64,000 nucleotides of DNA from an uncultured Spirochaetota bacterium (GTDB taxonomy: Bacteria; Spirochaetota; Spirochaetia; SZUA-6; Fen-1364), in NCBI GenBank assembly GCA_963745235.1, contig CAVUXE010000009.1, positions 1-64,000 on the forward strand, read 5' to 3'. Each line of letters opens with the position of its first letter. Position 1 is the first letter of the stretch. Below the pieces are notes generated by a model, which did no database searches, had not been told where the DNA came from, and saw nothing but the letters and a program-made list of their open reading frames with translations. Below, piece after piece: positions 31,274 to 41,836 of the stretch. A program made the translations under genes and the position numbers.

Positions 31274-33703
31274 ATGACAAACCCGTTTCGACAGAAAAAC
31301 ACAGACAAACCTGACACTCTTCCGAAGGAGCTCCCCATCCTGCCCCTTCGCAACACCGTGCCGTTCCCCTTCGTGATGATCCCCCTGGCGGTGGGCATCC
31401 CTCGTTCCGTGAAGCTCATCGAGGACGCGCTGCAGGGCAACAGCATGATCGGGATGGTTGCATCCAGGGACCCCTCGATAGAGGAGCCCACCCCGGAGCA
31501 GGTGCACACCATCGGCACGGCGGGGAAAATCCTGAGGGTCGTGCGGGCCCAGGACGGCACCATGCAGGTGGTCGTGCAGGGGCTCGAACGCATCCGCGTG
31601 ACGCAATGGCTGGCTCCCGAGCCCTACATGAAGGCCCGGATCGAGGCTGCCCCGGAGAAAGAGGATTCAGACCTGGAGCAGGAAGGGCTGGTGCAGGGCC
31701 TTCGCAGCATCGCGCAGGAAGTGATCGACCTGTCTCCCACCATTCCCCGGGAGGCAGCCAACGTCCTGAACTCCGTTTCCGATCCGAGATACCTCGTGTA
31801 CCTCGTTGCGGGAAATGCGCAGATCGAATCCTCGGAAGCTCAAAAGATCCTGGCAATGGACTCGGTCAAGGAGAAGCTGCGCGCCATCATCGCCCATCTC
31901 TCCCATCAGAAAGAGGTCCTGAGCCTCGGCCAGAAAATCAGGAGCGAGGCAAAGGAGGAGATGGAGAAGGAGCAGCGGGAGTACATCCTCCGCCAGCAGC
32001 TGAAGGCAATCCAGAAGGAGCTGGGCGACATGGACGAGAACCAGTCCATCGTCACCGAGTACACGGAGAAGATCGAGAAGACCGGGATGCCGGAGGAGGC
32101 AAGAAAGGAAGCCCAGCGGGAGCTGAAGAGGATCTCCAGCATGCCGGCGCAGGCCGCCGAGTACTCGATGATAAAGACCTACCTCGACTGGATGGTGGAG
32201 CTCCCCTGGAGCACCGTCAGCGAGGACCAGCTGGACATTGCCAACGCGCGCAAGGTGCTGGATGAGGACCACTACGACCTGCAGGAAGTCAAGGATCGCA
32301 TCGTCGAGTTCCTCGCCGTGCGCAAGCTCTTCAAGGAGCGCGGAATCCAGAAGGACAGGGCGGACGATGACAAGACCGCGCGCGCCATGGGCGCCATCCT
32401 GTGCTTCGTCGGGCCTCCGGGGGTCGGCAAGACTTCCCTGGGCCAGAGCATTGCCCGCGCCCTGGGGCGCAAGTTCACCCGCATGAGCCTCGGCGGAATG
32501 CGTGACGAGGCGGAGATCCGCGGCCACAGGCGGACGTACATCGGGTCCATGCCCGGCAGGATCATGCAGGCCATCAAGAGGGCGGGGACCAGAAACCCGG
32601 TCTTCATGCTGGATGAAATCGACAAGGTGGGAAGCGACTGGAGAGGAGACCCTTCCAGCGCGCTGCTGGAGGTCCTGGACCCCGCGCAGAACGGTACCTT
32701 CCGCGACCACTACCTCAACGTGGACTTCGACCTGAGCGACGTCATGTTCGTCACCACCGCCAACCAGCTGGAGCCCATTCCGGCGCCGCTTCGCGACCGC
32801 ATGGAGATCATCCTGCTGGACGGGTACACGGAGCATGAGAAGGTGAAGATCGCCCAGGAGCACCTGGTCAAGCGGCAGATTGCGGCAAACGGCCTGCGGG
32901 ACGGCGAGGTTGTCTTCAGCGAGGAAGCGCTTCGAAAGATCGTGCAGGACTACACCCGGGAAGCGGGTGTGCGCACGCTGGAACGCCAGATCGGCGCAAT
33001 CTGCAGGAAGAGCGTCACCAGGATCGCATCCGGAGCGCAGGCAGCCGTGGAGATCACTCCCGAGGTCGTCCGCGACTATCTGAAGAAGGAGAAGTTCGAT
33101 TCCGAGACATCGGAGACGATCGAGATCCCCGGCATAGCCACGGGCCTTGCCGTCACACCGGTGGGCGGAGACATCCTCTTCATCGAGGCAACAAGGATGA
33201 AGGGGAAAGGGGACTTCACCCTCACCGGACAGCTGGGGGACGTCATGCGGGAGAGCGCGCGCATTGCGCTCAGCTATGTCCGCTCCAAGGCCACGGAGCT
33301 GGGAGTCCAGCCGGATATCTTTGCCCAGATGGACGTTCACGTGCACGTGCCGGCGGGGGCAACCCCGAAAGACGGACCGTCGGCGGGAGTGGCCATGGTG
33401 ATGGCCATTGCGAGCCTCTTCACGGGCAGACCCGTGCGCGGGGATGTCGGGATGACGGGGGAAGTGACGCTGCGCGGACGCGTGCTGCCAATTGGCGGGG
33501 TGAAGATGAAGGTGCTGGCAGCGCACCGAGCCGGGCTGACCACGGTGATCCTCCCCAAGCGCAACGAGCGCGACCTGGAGGAGCTGCCTGAGGAGGTGAG
33601 GACCCGGATGCGGTTCGTCCTCGTGGACAGGATCGACGAGGCGCTCGCCGTGGGCCTCACTCCCGCCAGGGACCAGGCGCCGGCGGAGAAGTTGATCGCG
33701 TAG
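31274..33703 (+). CDS. lon: Lon protease
   Basis: LPILPLRN, GPPGVGKTS, GHRRTYIGSMPG, LDEIDK, PKDGPSAG (Ser), IGGVKMK (Lys). Confidence 0.99.
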   Translation: MTNPFRQKNTDKPDTLPKELPILPLRNTVPFPFVMIPLAVGIPRSVKLIEDALQGNSMIGMVASRDPSIEEPTPEQVHTIGTAGKILRVVRAQDGTMQVVVQGLERIRVTQWLAPEPYMKARIEAAPEKEDSDLEQEGLVQGLRSIAQEVIDLSPTIPREAANVLNSVSDPRYLVYLVAGNAQIESSEAQKILAMDSVKEKLRAIIAHLSHQKEVLSLGQKIRSEAKEEMEKEQREYILRQQLKAIQKELGDMDENQSIVTEYTEKIEKTGMPEEARKEAQRELKRISSMPAQAAEYSMIKTYLDWMVELPWSTVSEDQLDIANARKVLDEDHYDLQEVKDRIVEFLAVRKLFKERGIQKDRADDDKTARAMGAILCFVGPPGVGKTSLGQSIARALGRKFTRMSLGGMRDEAEIRGHRRTYIGSMPGRIMQAIKRAGTRNPVFMLDEIDKVGSDWRGDPSSALLEVLDPAQNGTFRDHYLNVDFDLSDVMFVTTANQLEPIPAPLRDRMEIILLDGYTEHEKVKIAQEHLVKRQIAANGLRDGEVVFSEEALRKIVQDYTREAGVRTLERQIGAICRKSVTRIASGAQAAVEITPEVVRDYLKKEKFDSETSETIEIPGIATGLAVTPVGGDILFIEATRMKGKGDFTLTGQLGDVMRESARIALSYVRSKATELGVQPDIFAQMDVHVHVPAGATPKDGPSAGVAMVMAIASLFTGRPVRGDVGMTGEVTLRGRVLPIGGVKMKVLAAHRAGLTTVILPKRNERDLEELPEEVRTRMRFVLVDRIDEALAVGLTPARDQAPAEKLIA

Positions 33704-33725
33704 CTCGCAGACCACGGGCCGCTGC

Positions 33726-33749
33726 AAAATGCGGCGGCCCGCTTTTTTC
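33726..33749 (+). terminator. Putative intrinsic terminator after lon
   Basis: GCGG-CGGC-CCGC followed by a T tract. Confidence 0.5.
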
Positions 33750-33815
33750 TTGCGGGCAACGCTGCTTTGCGCTACAATGGCCGCGACCGAAGAAGCGAAG
33801 TCAGGAAGTGAGCAC

Positions 33816-34016
33816 ATGAGCGAGCAGGAAGCCAGAAAAGTGTTTTCGCACGTCGTCTCTCTCTACAAGGTTTTTGGCGGAGACCTCCAGCAGATGTGTG
33901 CAGAGCGGGGCCTGCCGGACACGATGATGAGGAAGTTCATCGCTGAACAGAAGGCCTGGGACTGGGGCCTCGCCAAGTTCGACTGGGACGGCAGCGTCAG
34001 GAAGGACGCGAAGTAG
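33816..34016 (+). CDS. Small hypothetical protein (66 aa)
   Basis: AGGAAG RBS-like element, TACAAT upstream, host codon usage. Confidence 0.6.
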   Translation: MSEQEARKVFSHVVSLYKVFGGDLQQMCAERGLPDTMMRKFIAEQKAWDWGLAKFDWDGSVRKDAK

Positions 34017-34059
34017 GCTTCGATCTCCTGAGAAGCGGTTCTCGCCCCTGAGCAGGGTA

Positions 34060-34089
34060 TTGACTTCAATCCCCGGCCCTTCTTATAGT
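34060..34089 (+). promoter_or_regulatory. sigma70 promoter of tRNA-Ala
   Basis: TTGACT-N18-TATAGT followed by a GC-rich discriminator. Confidence 0.65.
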
Positions 34090-34121
34090 TGCGCGGTCGG
34101 TGGAGCAGCGGCTCACCCCGA

Positions 34122-34194
34122 GGGGGATTAGCTCAGTTGGTAGAGCGGCAGGTTCGCAATCTGTAGGTCGGGGGTTCGAATCCCCCATCCTCCA
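34122..34194 (+). tRNA. tRNA-Ala(CGC)
   Basis: GGGGGATTAGCTCAGTTGGTAGAGCGGCAGGTTCGCAATCTGTAGGTCGGGGGTTCGAATCCCCCATCCTCCA; anticodon CGC, G3:U70 alanine identity pair. Confidence 0.97.
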
Positions 34195-34202
34195 AACCCT
34201 CC

Positions 34203-35662
34203 ATGGCGTCCAATAACGGTTCCCCCAGCCTGACTCTCCTGACGGATTTCTACGAACTCTCGATGATGCAGGGGTACTTCCTGCAGAAGGAGAATCCCGG
34301 CGTCGTCTTCGACATGTTCTTCCGCCGCCAGCCCTTTGGCGGCGGGTTTGCCGTGTTCGCGGGGCTCGAGGACCTTCTGAAGTACGTGAGCGCGCTTGCC
34401 TTCAGCCAGGAAGACCTTGCCTACCTGGAGAGCCTCGGCGCGTTCCGCCCGGAGTTCCTCGACTACCTGGCGGGGTTTCGGTTCCACGGCGACATCTGGG
34501 CCATGGACGAGGGCACCCTCGCTTTCCCCGGTGAGCCGCTGGTGCGCGTGCACGCCTCCCTCATGGAAGCGCAGCTCATCGAAAGCGCCCTGCTTGCCAT
34601 CATCAACTTCCAGACCCTCATCGCCACCAAGGCGGCGCGCGTCCGCCTGGCGGCCAACGGGGGCACGGTCATCGAGTTCGGGCTCCGCCGCGCCCAGGGA
34701 GTCGACGGCGCGCTCTCCGCCTCCCGCGCCGCATTCATCGGCGGGGCGCATGCCACCTCCAACACCCTTGCCGGAAAGAACTTCGGCATCCCCGTCCGGG
34801 GGACGATGGCCCATTCCTGGGTCATGGCGTTCGGGAGCGAGCGGGAGGCATTCGAGAAGTACGCGGAGATCTATCCCGACGGGGCGCTGCTCCTCATCGA
34901 TACCTATGACACCCTTGGCAGCGGAATCGACAACGCCATTGCAATCGGAAAAAGGCTGACGGCAGAAGGGCATCGCAATTTCGGCGTCCGGCTGGACAGC
35001 GGGGACCTGGAATACCTCAGCAAGAAGGTCCGGCAGCGCCTGGACGACGCGGGGCTCACCGAAGCGCGGATCGTCGCCTCCAACGAGCTGGACGAGAACA
35101 TCATCCACCAGCTCATCACGCAGGGAGCGCCCATCGACATCTGGGGGGTCGGCACGAACCTCGTGACCGCGGGCGGGGACCCGGCGCTGACGGGCGTGTA
35201 CAAGATCGCCGCCAGGGAGAAGGGCGGCCGTTTGGTTCCGACCATCAAGGTGTCGAACAATCCCGAAAAGGCGACCAATCCCGGCGTCAAGCAGGTCTGG
35301 CGCTTCACCAACGGCGCGAAGAGCCCTCTCGCAGACCTGATCTGCCTCGAGGATGAAGAGCCCGCCTCGGGCAAGCCCTACACGTTCCACCACCCTTCGG
35401 GGGACTATCGACGTTCGTCCTCAGCGAGTACGCTGGGATGACTCCGCTCCTCGGACTGCGAATGAAGGCCGGTGCGGTGGTGGGAGAGCTTCCGTCCATT
35501 ACCGCAATCCGCTCACATGCGGGCGAGCAGCTGGACCGCCTGGATGACACCTACAAGCGCCTCATCAACCCCCACGTGTACAAGGTCTCCCTCTCGGACA
35601 GGCTGGGCGCCCTGAAGGCGCGCCTGATGCAAGAGAACCTCGCACAGGGAAGGCACAGATGA
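34203..35662 (+). CDS. pncB: Nicotinate phosphoribosyltransferase (frameshift near 35410-35440)
   Basis: LLTDFYELSM, EFGLRRAQG, GTMAHSW, LIDTYD, GVRLDSGD, GVYK, KVSNNPEKATNPG.KQVWR. Confidence 0.95.
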
Positions 35663-36196
35663 TCCTGTCCGACGATACGCTGCGCAGGATGATCGCGGAG
35701 AAGAGCATCATGGTGGAGCCCTTCGAGCCCTACCAGGTCCAGCCTGCCTCCATCGACCTGCGCCTGGGCCGGCATTTCCTGAAGATCGACGAGAACACAC
35801 TGGAGAGCCTCAGCCTGGACAGCGAGCTTCCCTACGTGCAGATCGAGAAGGACGAGATCATCATCCCCCGCATTCCTTTCTCCTGGCCACGACGGTGGAG
35901 TTCATCAGCTTCCCGCCAATGTCACGGCGTTCGTCGAGGGCCGGAGCTCCATCGGCCGCATGGGGCTCTTCATCCAGAATGCGGGGTGGGTGGACCCGGG
36001 GTTCGAAGGCAACATCACCCTGGAGCTGTTCAACGCCAACCGCCTTCCTCTGCGGCTGTCCAGCGGCAGGCGCATCTGCCAGATCGTCTTCGCGTTCATG
36101 GACAAGGCCACCCGGACCCCGTACGCGGGCAAGTACCAGGGCCAGCGGGGCACGGTCGGCAGCAGGATCTTCCGGGACGTGGACCGGGCCAGGTGA
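35659..36196 (+). CDS. dcd: dCTP deaminase (frameshifts near 35870 and 35915)
   Basis: [51 protein letters not shown]. Confidence 0.92.
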
Positions 36197-36197
36197 G

Positions 36198-37298
36198 ATG
36201 ATCACGCATCGCGGGCCGTTCCGTGGGTGCGGGCGCTCCCTGCCTCCTTATCGCGGAGCTGGGCACCTCCCACCAGGGGGACCGGGCCAGGGCGCGGGAG
36301 CTCATCGACGCGGCGGCGGCCGCCGGAGCGGACTGCATCAAGTTCCAGCTCGTGCACGCGGACGAGATCCTCCATCCCCTGTCGGGCATCGTCGATCTTC
36401 CCACCGGGAAGGTCGCGCTGTACGAGCAGTTCAGGCCCTGGAAAAAGCGGTCGGCTTCTACGCGGACCTCAAGAGCTACACGGAAGCCCGAGGGGTGCTC
36501 TTTCTCTGCTCGCCATTCGGGATCCGCAGCGCACGGGAGCTGAAGTCGATCGGCGTTCGGGCTCTGAAGATCGCCTCTCCGGAGCTGAACCATTTCCCCC
36601 TCCTGGAGGAGGCAGCCGGCTACGGGCTGCCGCTTTTTCTTTCCTCCGGCGTCTCCACGCTGGGAGACATCGAGCGCGCCCTTGCAATCACCGGCAGAGC
36701 CAACGTCATTCTGCTGCACTGCGTCACCGCCTATCCGGCCCCGGAAACGACTACAACCTGCGGGTGCTGGCCGGGCTGCGCGTCCGTCCTTGGCGTCGAG
36801 GTCGGCGTGTCGGACCATTCCCTGGACCCCGTGCTGGTCCCGGCGCTGGCCGTCTCGAGCGGCGCCTGCGCCGTGGAAAAGCATTTCACGCTCACTCGCG
36901 CGGGGGCCGGGCTGGACGACCCTATTGCGCTGGAGCCCGACCAGTACCGAAAGATGGTGAAGGGGGTCCGGGAAGCGGAGCAGGCGGGCCCGGAAGCCGC
37001 GCGCGCCGCGCTGGAGGAGGAGCACGGGGCGGAGCGGGTGCGCGCGGTGCTGGGAACGGGCGTGAAGGAGCTTGCCCCGTCAGAACGGGAAAACTACACG
37101 CGGACCAACAGGTCCATCCACGCGGTGAAGGCGATCCCGCGTGGCGCGCGAATCGGCCCTGGCGACGTGGCGGTGCTCAGGACCGAGAAGACGCTGCGGC
37201 CCGGGATCGGACCGGAGTTCATGCACTTGGTCGTGGGGGCAGTTGCCCGGCGGGCTGTTCCCCCCGGCGAGGGCGTGGAGTGGGCGGACCTGATTTAG
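36198..37298 (+). CDS. NeuB/SpsE-family (nonulosonate synthase-like) protein with SAF domain (frameshifted)
   Basis: IAELGTSHQGD, AGADCIKFQ, KIASPELN, LLHCVTAYP, GVSDHS, VEKHFTL, RSIHAVKAI..G SAF tail. Confidence 0.88.
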   Translation: MITHRGPFRGCGRSLPPYRGAGHLPPGGPGQGAGAHRRGGGRRSGLHQVPARARGRDPPSPVGHRRSSHREGRAVRAVQALEKAVGFYADLKSYTEARGVLFLCSPFGIRSARELKSIGVRALKIASPELNHFPLLEEAAGYGLPLFLSSGVSTLGDIERALAITGRANVILLHCVTAYPAPETTTTCGCWPGCASVLGVEVGVSDHSLDPVLVPALAVSSGACAVEKHFTLTRAGAGLDDPIALEPDQYRKMVKGVREAEQAGPEAARAALEEEHGAERVRAVLGTGVKELAPSERENYTRTNRSIHAVKAIPRGARIGPGDVAVLRTEKTLRPGIGPEFMHLVVGAVARRAVPPGEGVEWADLI

Positions 37299-37414
37299 GG
37301 GGCCGTAGCTGCGGTGCGCACCTCCTACGGATGCGCCTCTCGTCCCTCCATGGACTCGGCGCACCTCCTGACGGGTTGCCGCAACTTTTCCAAACTGCTA
37401 CACTGCCGTCTGAG

Positions 37415-37861
37415 ATGATCAATTTAAAAGATTACATTGCGCGGGAGCGCATCGCTTTTCTCGCGGCCCGCGACAAGCAGGATGCGCTCGCCAAGCTCAT
37501 CGAGCTTTCCGACGACCCGCGGCATGTCATCGACTTCGAGCAGTTCCAGAACGCCGTCCTGGACAGGGAATACATCGTCACCACAGGAATCGGCCAGAAC
37601 GTCGCCATCCCGCACATCAAGAGCAGGTGGGTGAAGGACTTCTTCATCACCATCGGGATCTTTCGCGACGGGGTTGAATGGCAGTCCCTGGATGAGAAGC
37701 CGGTGCACCTGGCGTTCCTGATCGCGGGTCCAGAAGAGCATGAGAATTACCTGCGCATACTTGCGAAGCTCACCCTCATCATCCGCAACAAGGAAAAGCG
37801 CAGGGCAATCATCCACGCGGAAACAACCGACGCGGTCTACAAGCTCCTGGAAGACTCCTGA
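37415..37861 (+). CDS. PTS EIIA (fructose/Ntr-type) domain protein
   Basis: VLDRE...TTGIGQNVAIPH phospho-His motif, GVEWQSLDEKPVHLAFLI. Confidence 0.9.
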   Translation: MINLKDYIARERIAFLAARDKQDALAKLIELSDDPRHVIDFEQFQNAVLDREYIVTTGIGQNVAIPHIKSRWVKDFFITIGIFRDGVEWQSLDEKPVHLAFLIAGPEEHENYLRILAKLTLIIRNKEKRRAIIHAETTDAVYKLLEDS

Positions 37862-37901
37862 GAGACCCGCGTCCAAGAACAATTGAATCTGGAAGGAGTG
37901 A

Positions 37902-38969
<1,068 letters not shown>

Positions 38970-38991
38970 ACAGATCGATCTCTTGAGAAAG

Positions 38992-39019
38992 AAAAACCCG
39001 CCGGTCGCGGGGTTTTTTT
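38992..39019. terminator. Bidirectional terminator between convergent gap and sulfurtransferase
   Basis: AAAAACCCGC-CGGTC-GCGGGGTTTTTT. Confidence 0.75.
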
Positions 39020-39860
39020 ATCTTTCGATGGGCGCGCCCACCACGTTCCCGTACTCCGTCCAGCTGCCATCGTAGTTCTTCGCCGTATCGATTCCCAGGA
39101 GATACTTGAGGACGAACCAGGTGTGGCTCGAGCGCTCGCCGATGCGGCAGTAGGCAACCACCGGCTTCTTCGGGTCTATCCCTGCTTTCTTGAAGTAGAT
39201 CTCCGCCAGCTCATCCGGGGATTTGAACCTGCCGTCCTTGTCCACGGCGGTGCTCCAGGGAACGCTGGCCGCTCCAGGGATGTGCCCGGCGCGCTGAGCC
39301 GTCTCGCTCATGCCCGGCGGCGCAATGATTTTCCCGGAATACTCGTCGGGGCTCCTCACGTCGACCAGGTTCGCGTTGGGCTTTCCGCTCATTTTCATCA
39401 CCTCGGAGAGGCGGGCCCGCAGGGCCTCGTTGGGAGGCTTGGCGGCGTAGGTGACGGCCGGGAACGACGGTTTGTCCGTGGTAAAAGGCTTGTCCTGCTC
39501 GTTGAGCCATTTCTGGCGTCCGCCGTTCATGAGCTTCACGTTCTCATGGCCGTAGATCTTGAACAACCAGAAGCCGTAGGCCGCGAACCAGTTGTTGTTG
39601 TCCCCGTAGAGCACAACGGTGTCTTTCGGCGAAATCCCCGCGCCACCAAGGAGCTTCTCGAAGCTCTGGCGGTTGATGATGTCCCGATTCAGCTGGTCCT
39701 GCAGGTCCTTTTGCCAGTTGAACCCCACGGCGCCCGGGATGTGTCCGGCGTCATACGCCTGCAGGTCTACGTCCACTTCGACGAGCCTGATCCCCGGCTT
39801 TCCGATATTCTCCTTCACCCAGTCGGTCTCGACGAGAACCTCGGGATGAGCATATTGCAT
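39018..39860 (-). CDS. Thiosulfate sulfurtransferase (two-domain rhodanese, SseA/CysA type)
   Basis: YAHPEVLV.TDW, GHIPGA twice, DVRSPDEY, YCRIGERS active-site Cys, YDGSWTEYG. Confidence 0.95.
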   Translation of the reverse strand: MQYAHPEVLVETDWVKENIGKPGIRLVEVDVDLQAYDAGHIPGAVGFNWQKDLQDQLNRDIINRQSFEKLLGGAGISPKDTVVLYGDNNNWFAAYGFWLFKIYGHENVKLMNGGRQKWLNEQDKPFTTDKPSFPAVTYAAKPPNEALRARLSEVMKMSGKPNANLVDVRSPDEYSGKIIAPPGMSETAQRAGHIPGAASVPWSTAVDKDGRFKSPDELAEIYFKKAGIDPKKPVVAYCRIGERSSHTWFVLKYLLGIDTAKNYDGSWTEYGNVVGAPIER

Positions 39861-39876
39861 GGAATCCTCCTTCTCT

Positions 39877-40845
39877 CTATGCGATGGCTGCCTCTGCAAG
39901 GCCTTTTACATGCTTTGCCAGATGCTCGACGTACTTGAAAAGTCCGTCGGGAAAAATCATGACCCCCAGCCCGCGGATGCCCTTCCCCACGGCGCGAAGC
40001 GCGCCCTCCAGGATGAGACCCGAGCTCGGTCCTGCCAGAAGTCCCTCCTGGCGGCACAGGTCGAGCACCCGGGTGTAGGCCAGCTCAAAGGGTATTTCCA
40101 CGATTTCATCAATGAGGGTCGGGTCGTACAGGGCGCTCACGTCCAGCTCCGATACGTTGCGCAAACCCGGAATGTCGTGGCCTTCCGATGGCTGCACGGC
40201 AATGACCTTGATGTCGCGGTTTTTCTCCTTGAGAAATCGGCTGGTTCCCGAAACGGTCCCGCAGGTGCCCAGCGACACGAAAAGGTGGGTGATCTTTCCC
40301 TCTGTCTGGCGCCAGATCTCGGGACCCGTGGTGCGGAAGTGCGCGGCCGCGTTCTGCTGGTTCTCGTACTGGTTGGGCATCACGTAGCGGTCCGGCTGCG
40401 CCTTTGCGTGAGTCTTTGCAAGGTTGATCGTACCGCCGCCGTTCTGCCCCGGCATGGGGCACAGCGCGTCAGGTACCACGTCCAGCTCGGCGCCAAGGAT
40501 CCTCAGAATGGCCTTCTTCTCGTCGGGAATCCTCTCCGGGACGACCGCCCGAACAGGATGCCCCAGCGCGGCCCCGAGAGCCGCAAGGCTGATTCCTGTG
40601 TTCCCCGAGGTGGGCTCGACAATTCCCTTGCCGTTTCCGAGCTCGCCGCGTTCCTCGAGGTCTCGCAGCATCTGGTATGCGGCCCGATCCTTGACGGAAC
40701 CGAAGGGGTTCATCCATTCGAGCTTGGCATAGAGGGGAAACCCGGCCTCGTGAGCGAGGCGATTGAGGCGAACCATCGGTGACGGGTTTGCCTCATCAGG
40801 AAGCATCTCAACGATGCTGTCATAAACGCGTTTGGCATGATTCAT
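39877..40845 (-). CDS. PLP-dependent cysteine synthase family protein
   Basis: AKLEWMNPFGSVKDR (PLP Lys), VEPTSGNTG, NQYEN, TTGPEIW, LGTCGT, EGLLAGPSSG. Confidence 0.93.
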   Translation of the reverse strand: MNHAKRVYDSIVEMLPDEANPSPMVRLNRLAHEAGFPLYAKLEWMNPFGSVKDRAAYQMLRDLEERGELGNGKGIVEPTSGNTGISLAALGAALGHPVRAVVPERIPDEKKAILRILGAELDVVPDALCPMPGQNGGGTINLAKTHAKAQPDRYVMPNQYENQQNAAAHFRTTGPEIWRQTEGKITHLFVSLGTCGTVSGTSRFLKEKNRDIKVIAVQPSEGHDIPGLRNVSELDVSALYDPTLIDEIVEIPFELAYTRVLDLCRQEGLLAGPSSGLILEGALRAVGKGIRGLGVMIFPDGLFKYVEHLAKHVKGLAEAAIA

Positions 40846-40934
40846 GACTATTCCGATCTGTTATGGAAAATACTGATGGGAGTGGGTGCTCGTCAAAACT
40901 AGCGGCAAACTGCGCCGGCTCGCTGCCGAACGGA

Positions 40935-41789
40935 TCACTGCCAGAAAAGGATGATCTCAGCCCCGGACGCCAACTCGAGCAGATCCGAAGCGTTTCCGCC
41001 GTTCACGCCTATCTCCAGGAGGTTGTCGCTGCCGATGTAGGCGAAGGGCGTGCCGACGGGAACCGAGCCAAAGGTGTGCTCAAGAGGCAGCTCACGGCCA
41101 TTTCCCAGCCGAAGTCGCACGCGAGAGGCCGGAAGAATCAACGGCGCGCAGACGGACACCCAGGGGTCCAGTCGGACCACGTCACCTGATCGAACGAGCG
41201 CCCCGATGCTGGTGACCATGTTGCCGAAGCCGTCCGCATGGAGCGCCTCCCCGCGAACAGGGCCCCGAGGTCCGTCGCTGGAAAGGCGAGGCAGGGATAT
41301 CCTGACGAGATTTCGGGCAGGCGGACCCAGCCTGGCGATGTCCATTCCCCGGGCAAGGAGGGCCGCAGCGGGGGCAAAAACATCTCTGCCATGGAAAGTG
41401 TTGCTGTGAGGGCGAGACCCGGGCCCGAGCAGATCTTCCAGGCGGGAAATCTCGAAGGCCTTCGCGTCAAGGCGGCCTTCCAGCATGTAGGTGAATATTC
41501 CGTTGTCCGGGCCGACGCAGGAGAACCCTTCGCAGCGGACGGCAAGCGGCCGGCGGGCAGTCCCGACACCCGGATCCACCACGGCAAGGAAGACGGCGCC
41601 TCGCGGCATGTGGTGAAACGCCTGCCAGAGGCGGAACGCGGCCTGGCGAATGTCTCCCGGAGGTATTTCGTGGGTCAGGTCGATGAGTCGGGCCCGGGGC
41701 GCAATTCCGGAGATAACGCCTTTCATCACCCCTGCGTATACATCGCGCGAGCCGAAATCGCTGAGGAGCACGACACAGGTGTCCTGCAT
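40935..41789 (-). CDS. SAM hydrolase/halogenase family (DUF62)
   Basis: LLSDFG..D.Y.GVMKG, IDLTHEI, VVDPGVGTARR, GPDNG, SNTFHGRDVFAP, DGFGN, LEIGVNGG. Confidence 0.93.
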   Translation of the reverse strand: MQDTCVVLLSDFGSRDVYAGVMKGVISGIAPRARLIDLTHEIPPGDIRQAAFRLWQAFHHMPRGAVFLAVVDPGVGTARRPLAVRCEGFSCVGPDNGIFTYMLEGRLDAKAFEISRLEDLLGPGSRPHSNTFHGRDVFAPAAALLARGMDIARLGPPARNLVRISLPRLSSDGPRGPVRGEALHADGFGNMVTSIGALVRSGDVVRLDPWVSVCAPLILPASRVRLRLGNGRELPLEHTFGSVPVGTPFAYIGSDNLLEIGVNGGNASDLLELASGAEIILFWQ

Positions 41790-41836
41790 GGCCAAATCGC
41801 CTTTCACTATCGTCAAACTTGCACTATCATGCAACC

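Noticed and set aside
31667-33817. Long antisense ORFs (716 aa opposite lon; similar ones opposite gyrB, dnaA and ntrX)
   Set aside because: Typical shadow ORFs of high-GC3 coding sequence, with no motifs or RBS.
40935-41789. DUF62 gene as a fluorinase/chlorinase for halometabolite synthesis
   Set aside because: It has the DPGVG..R and TFHGRD motifs typical of the widespread SAM hydroxide adenosyltransferase group, and there is no biosynthetic cluster context.
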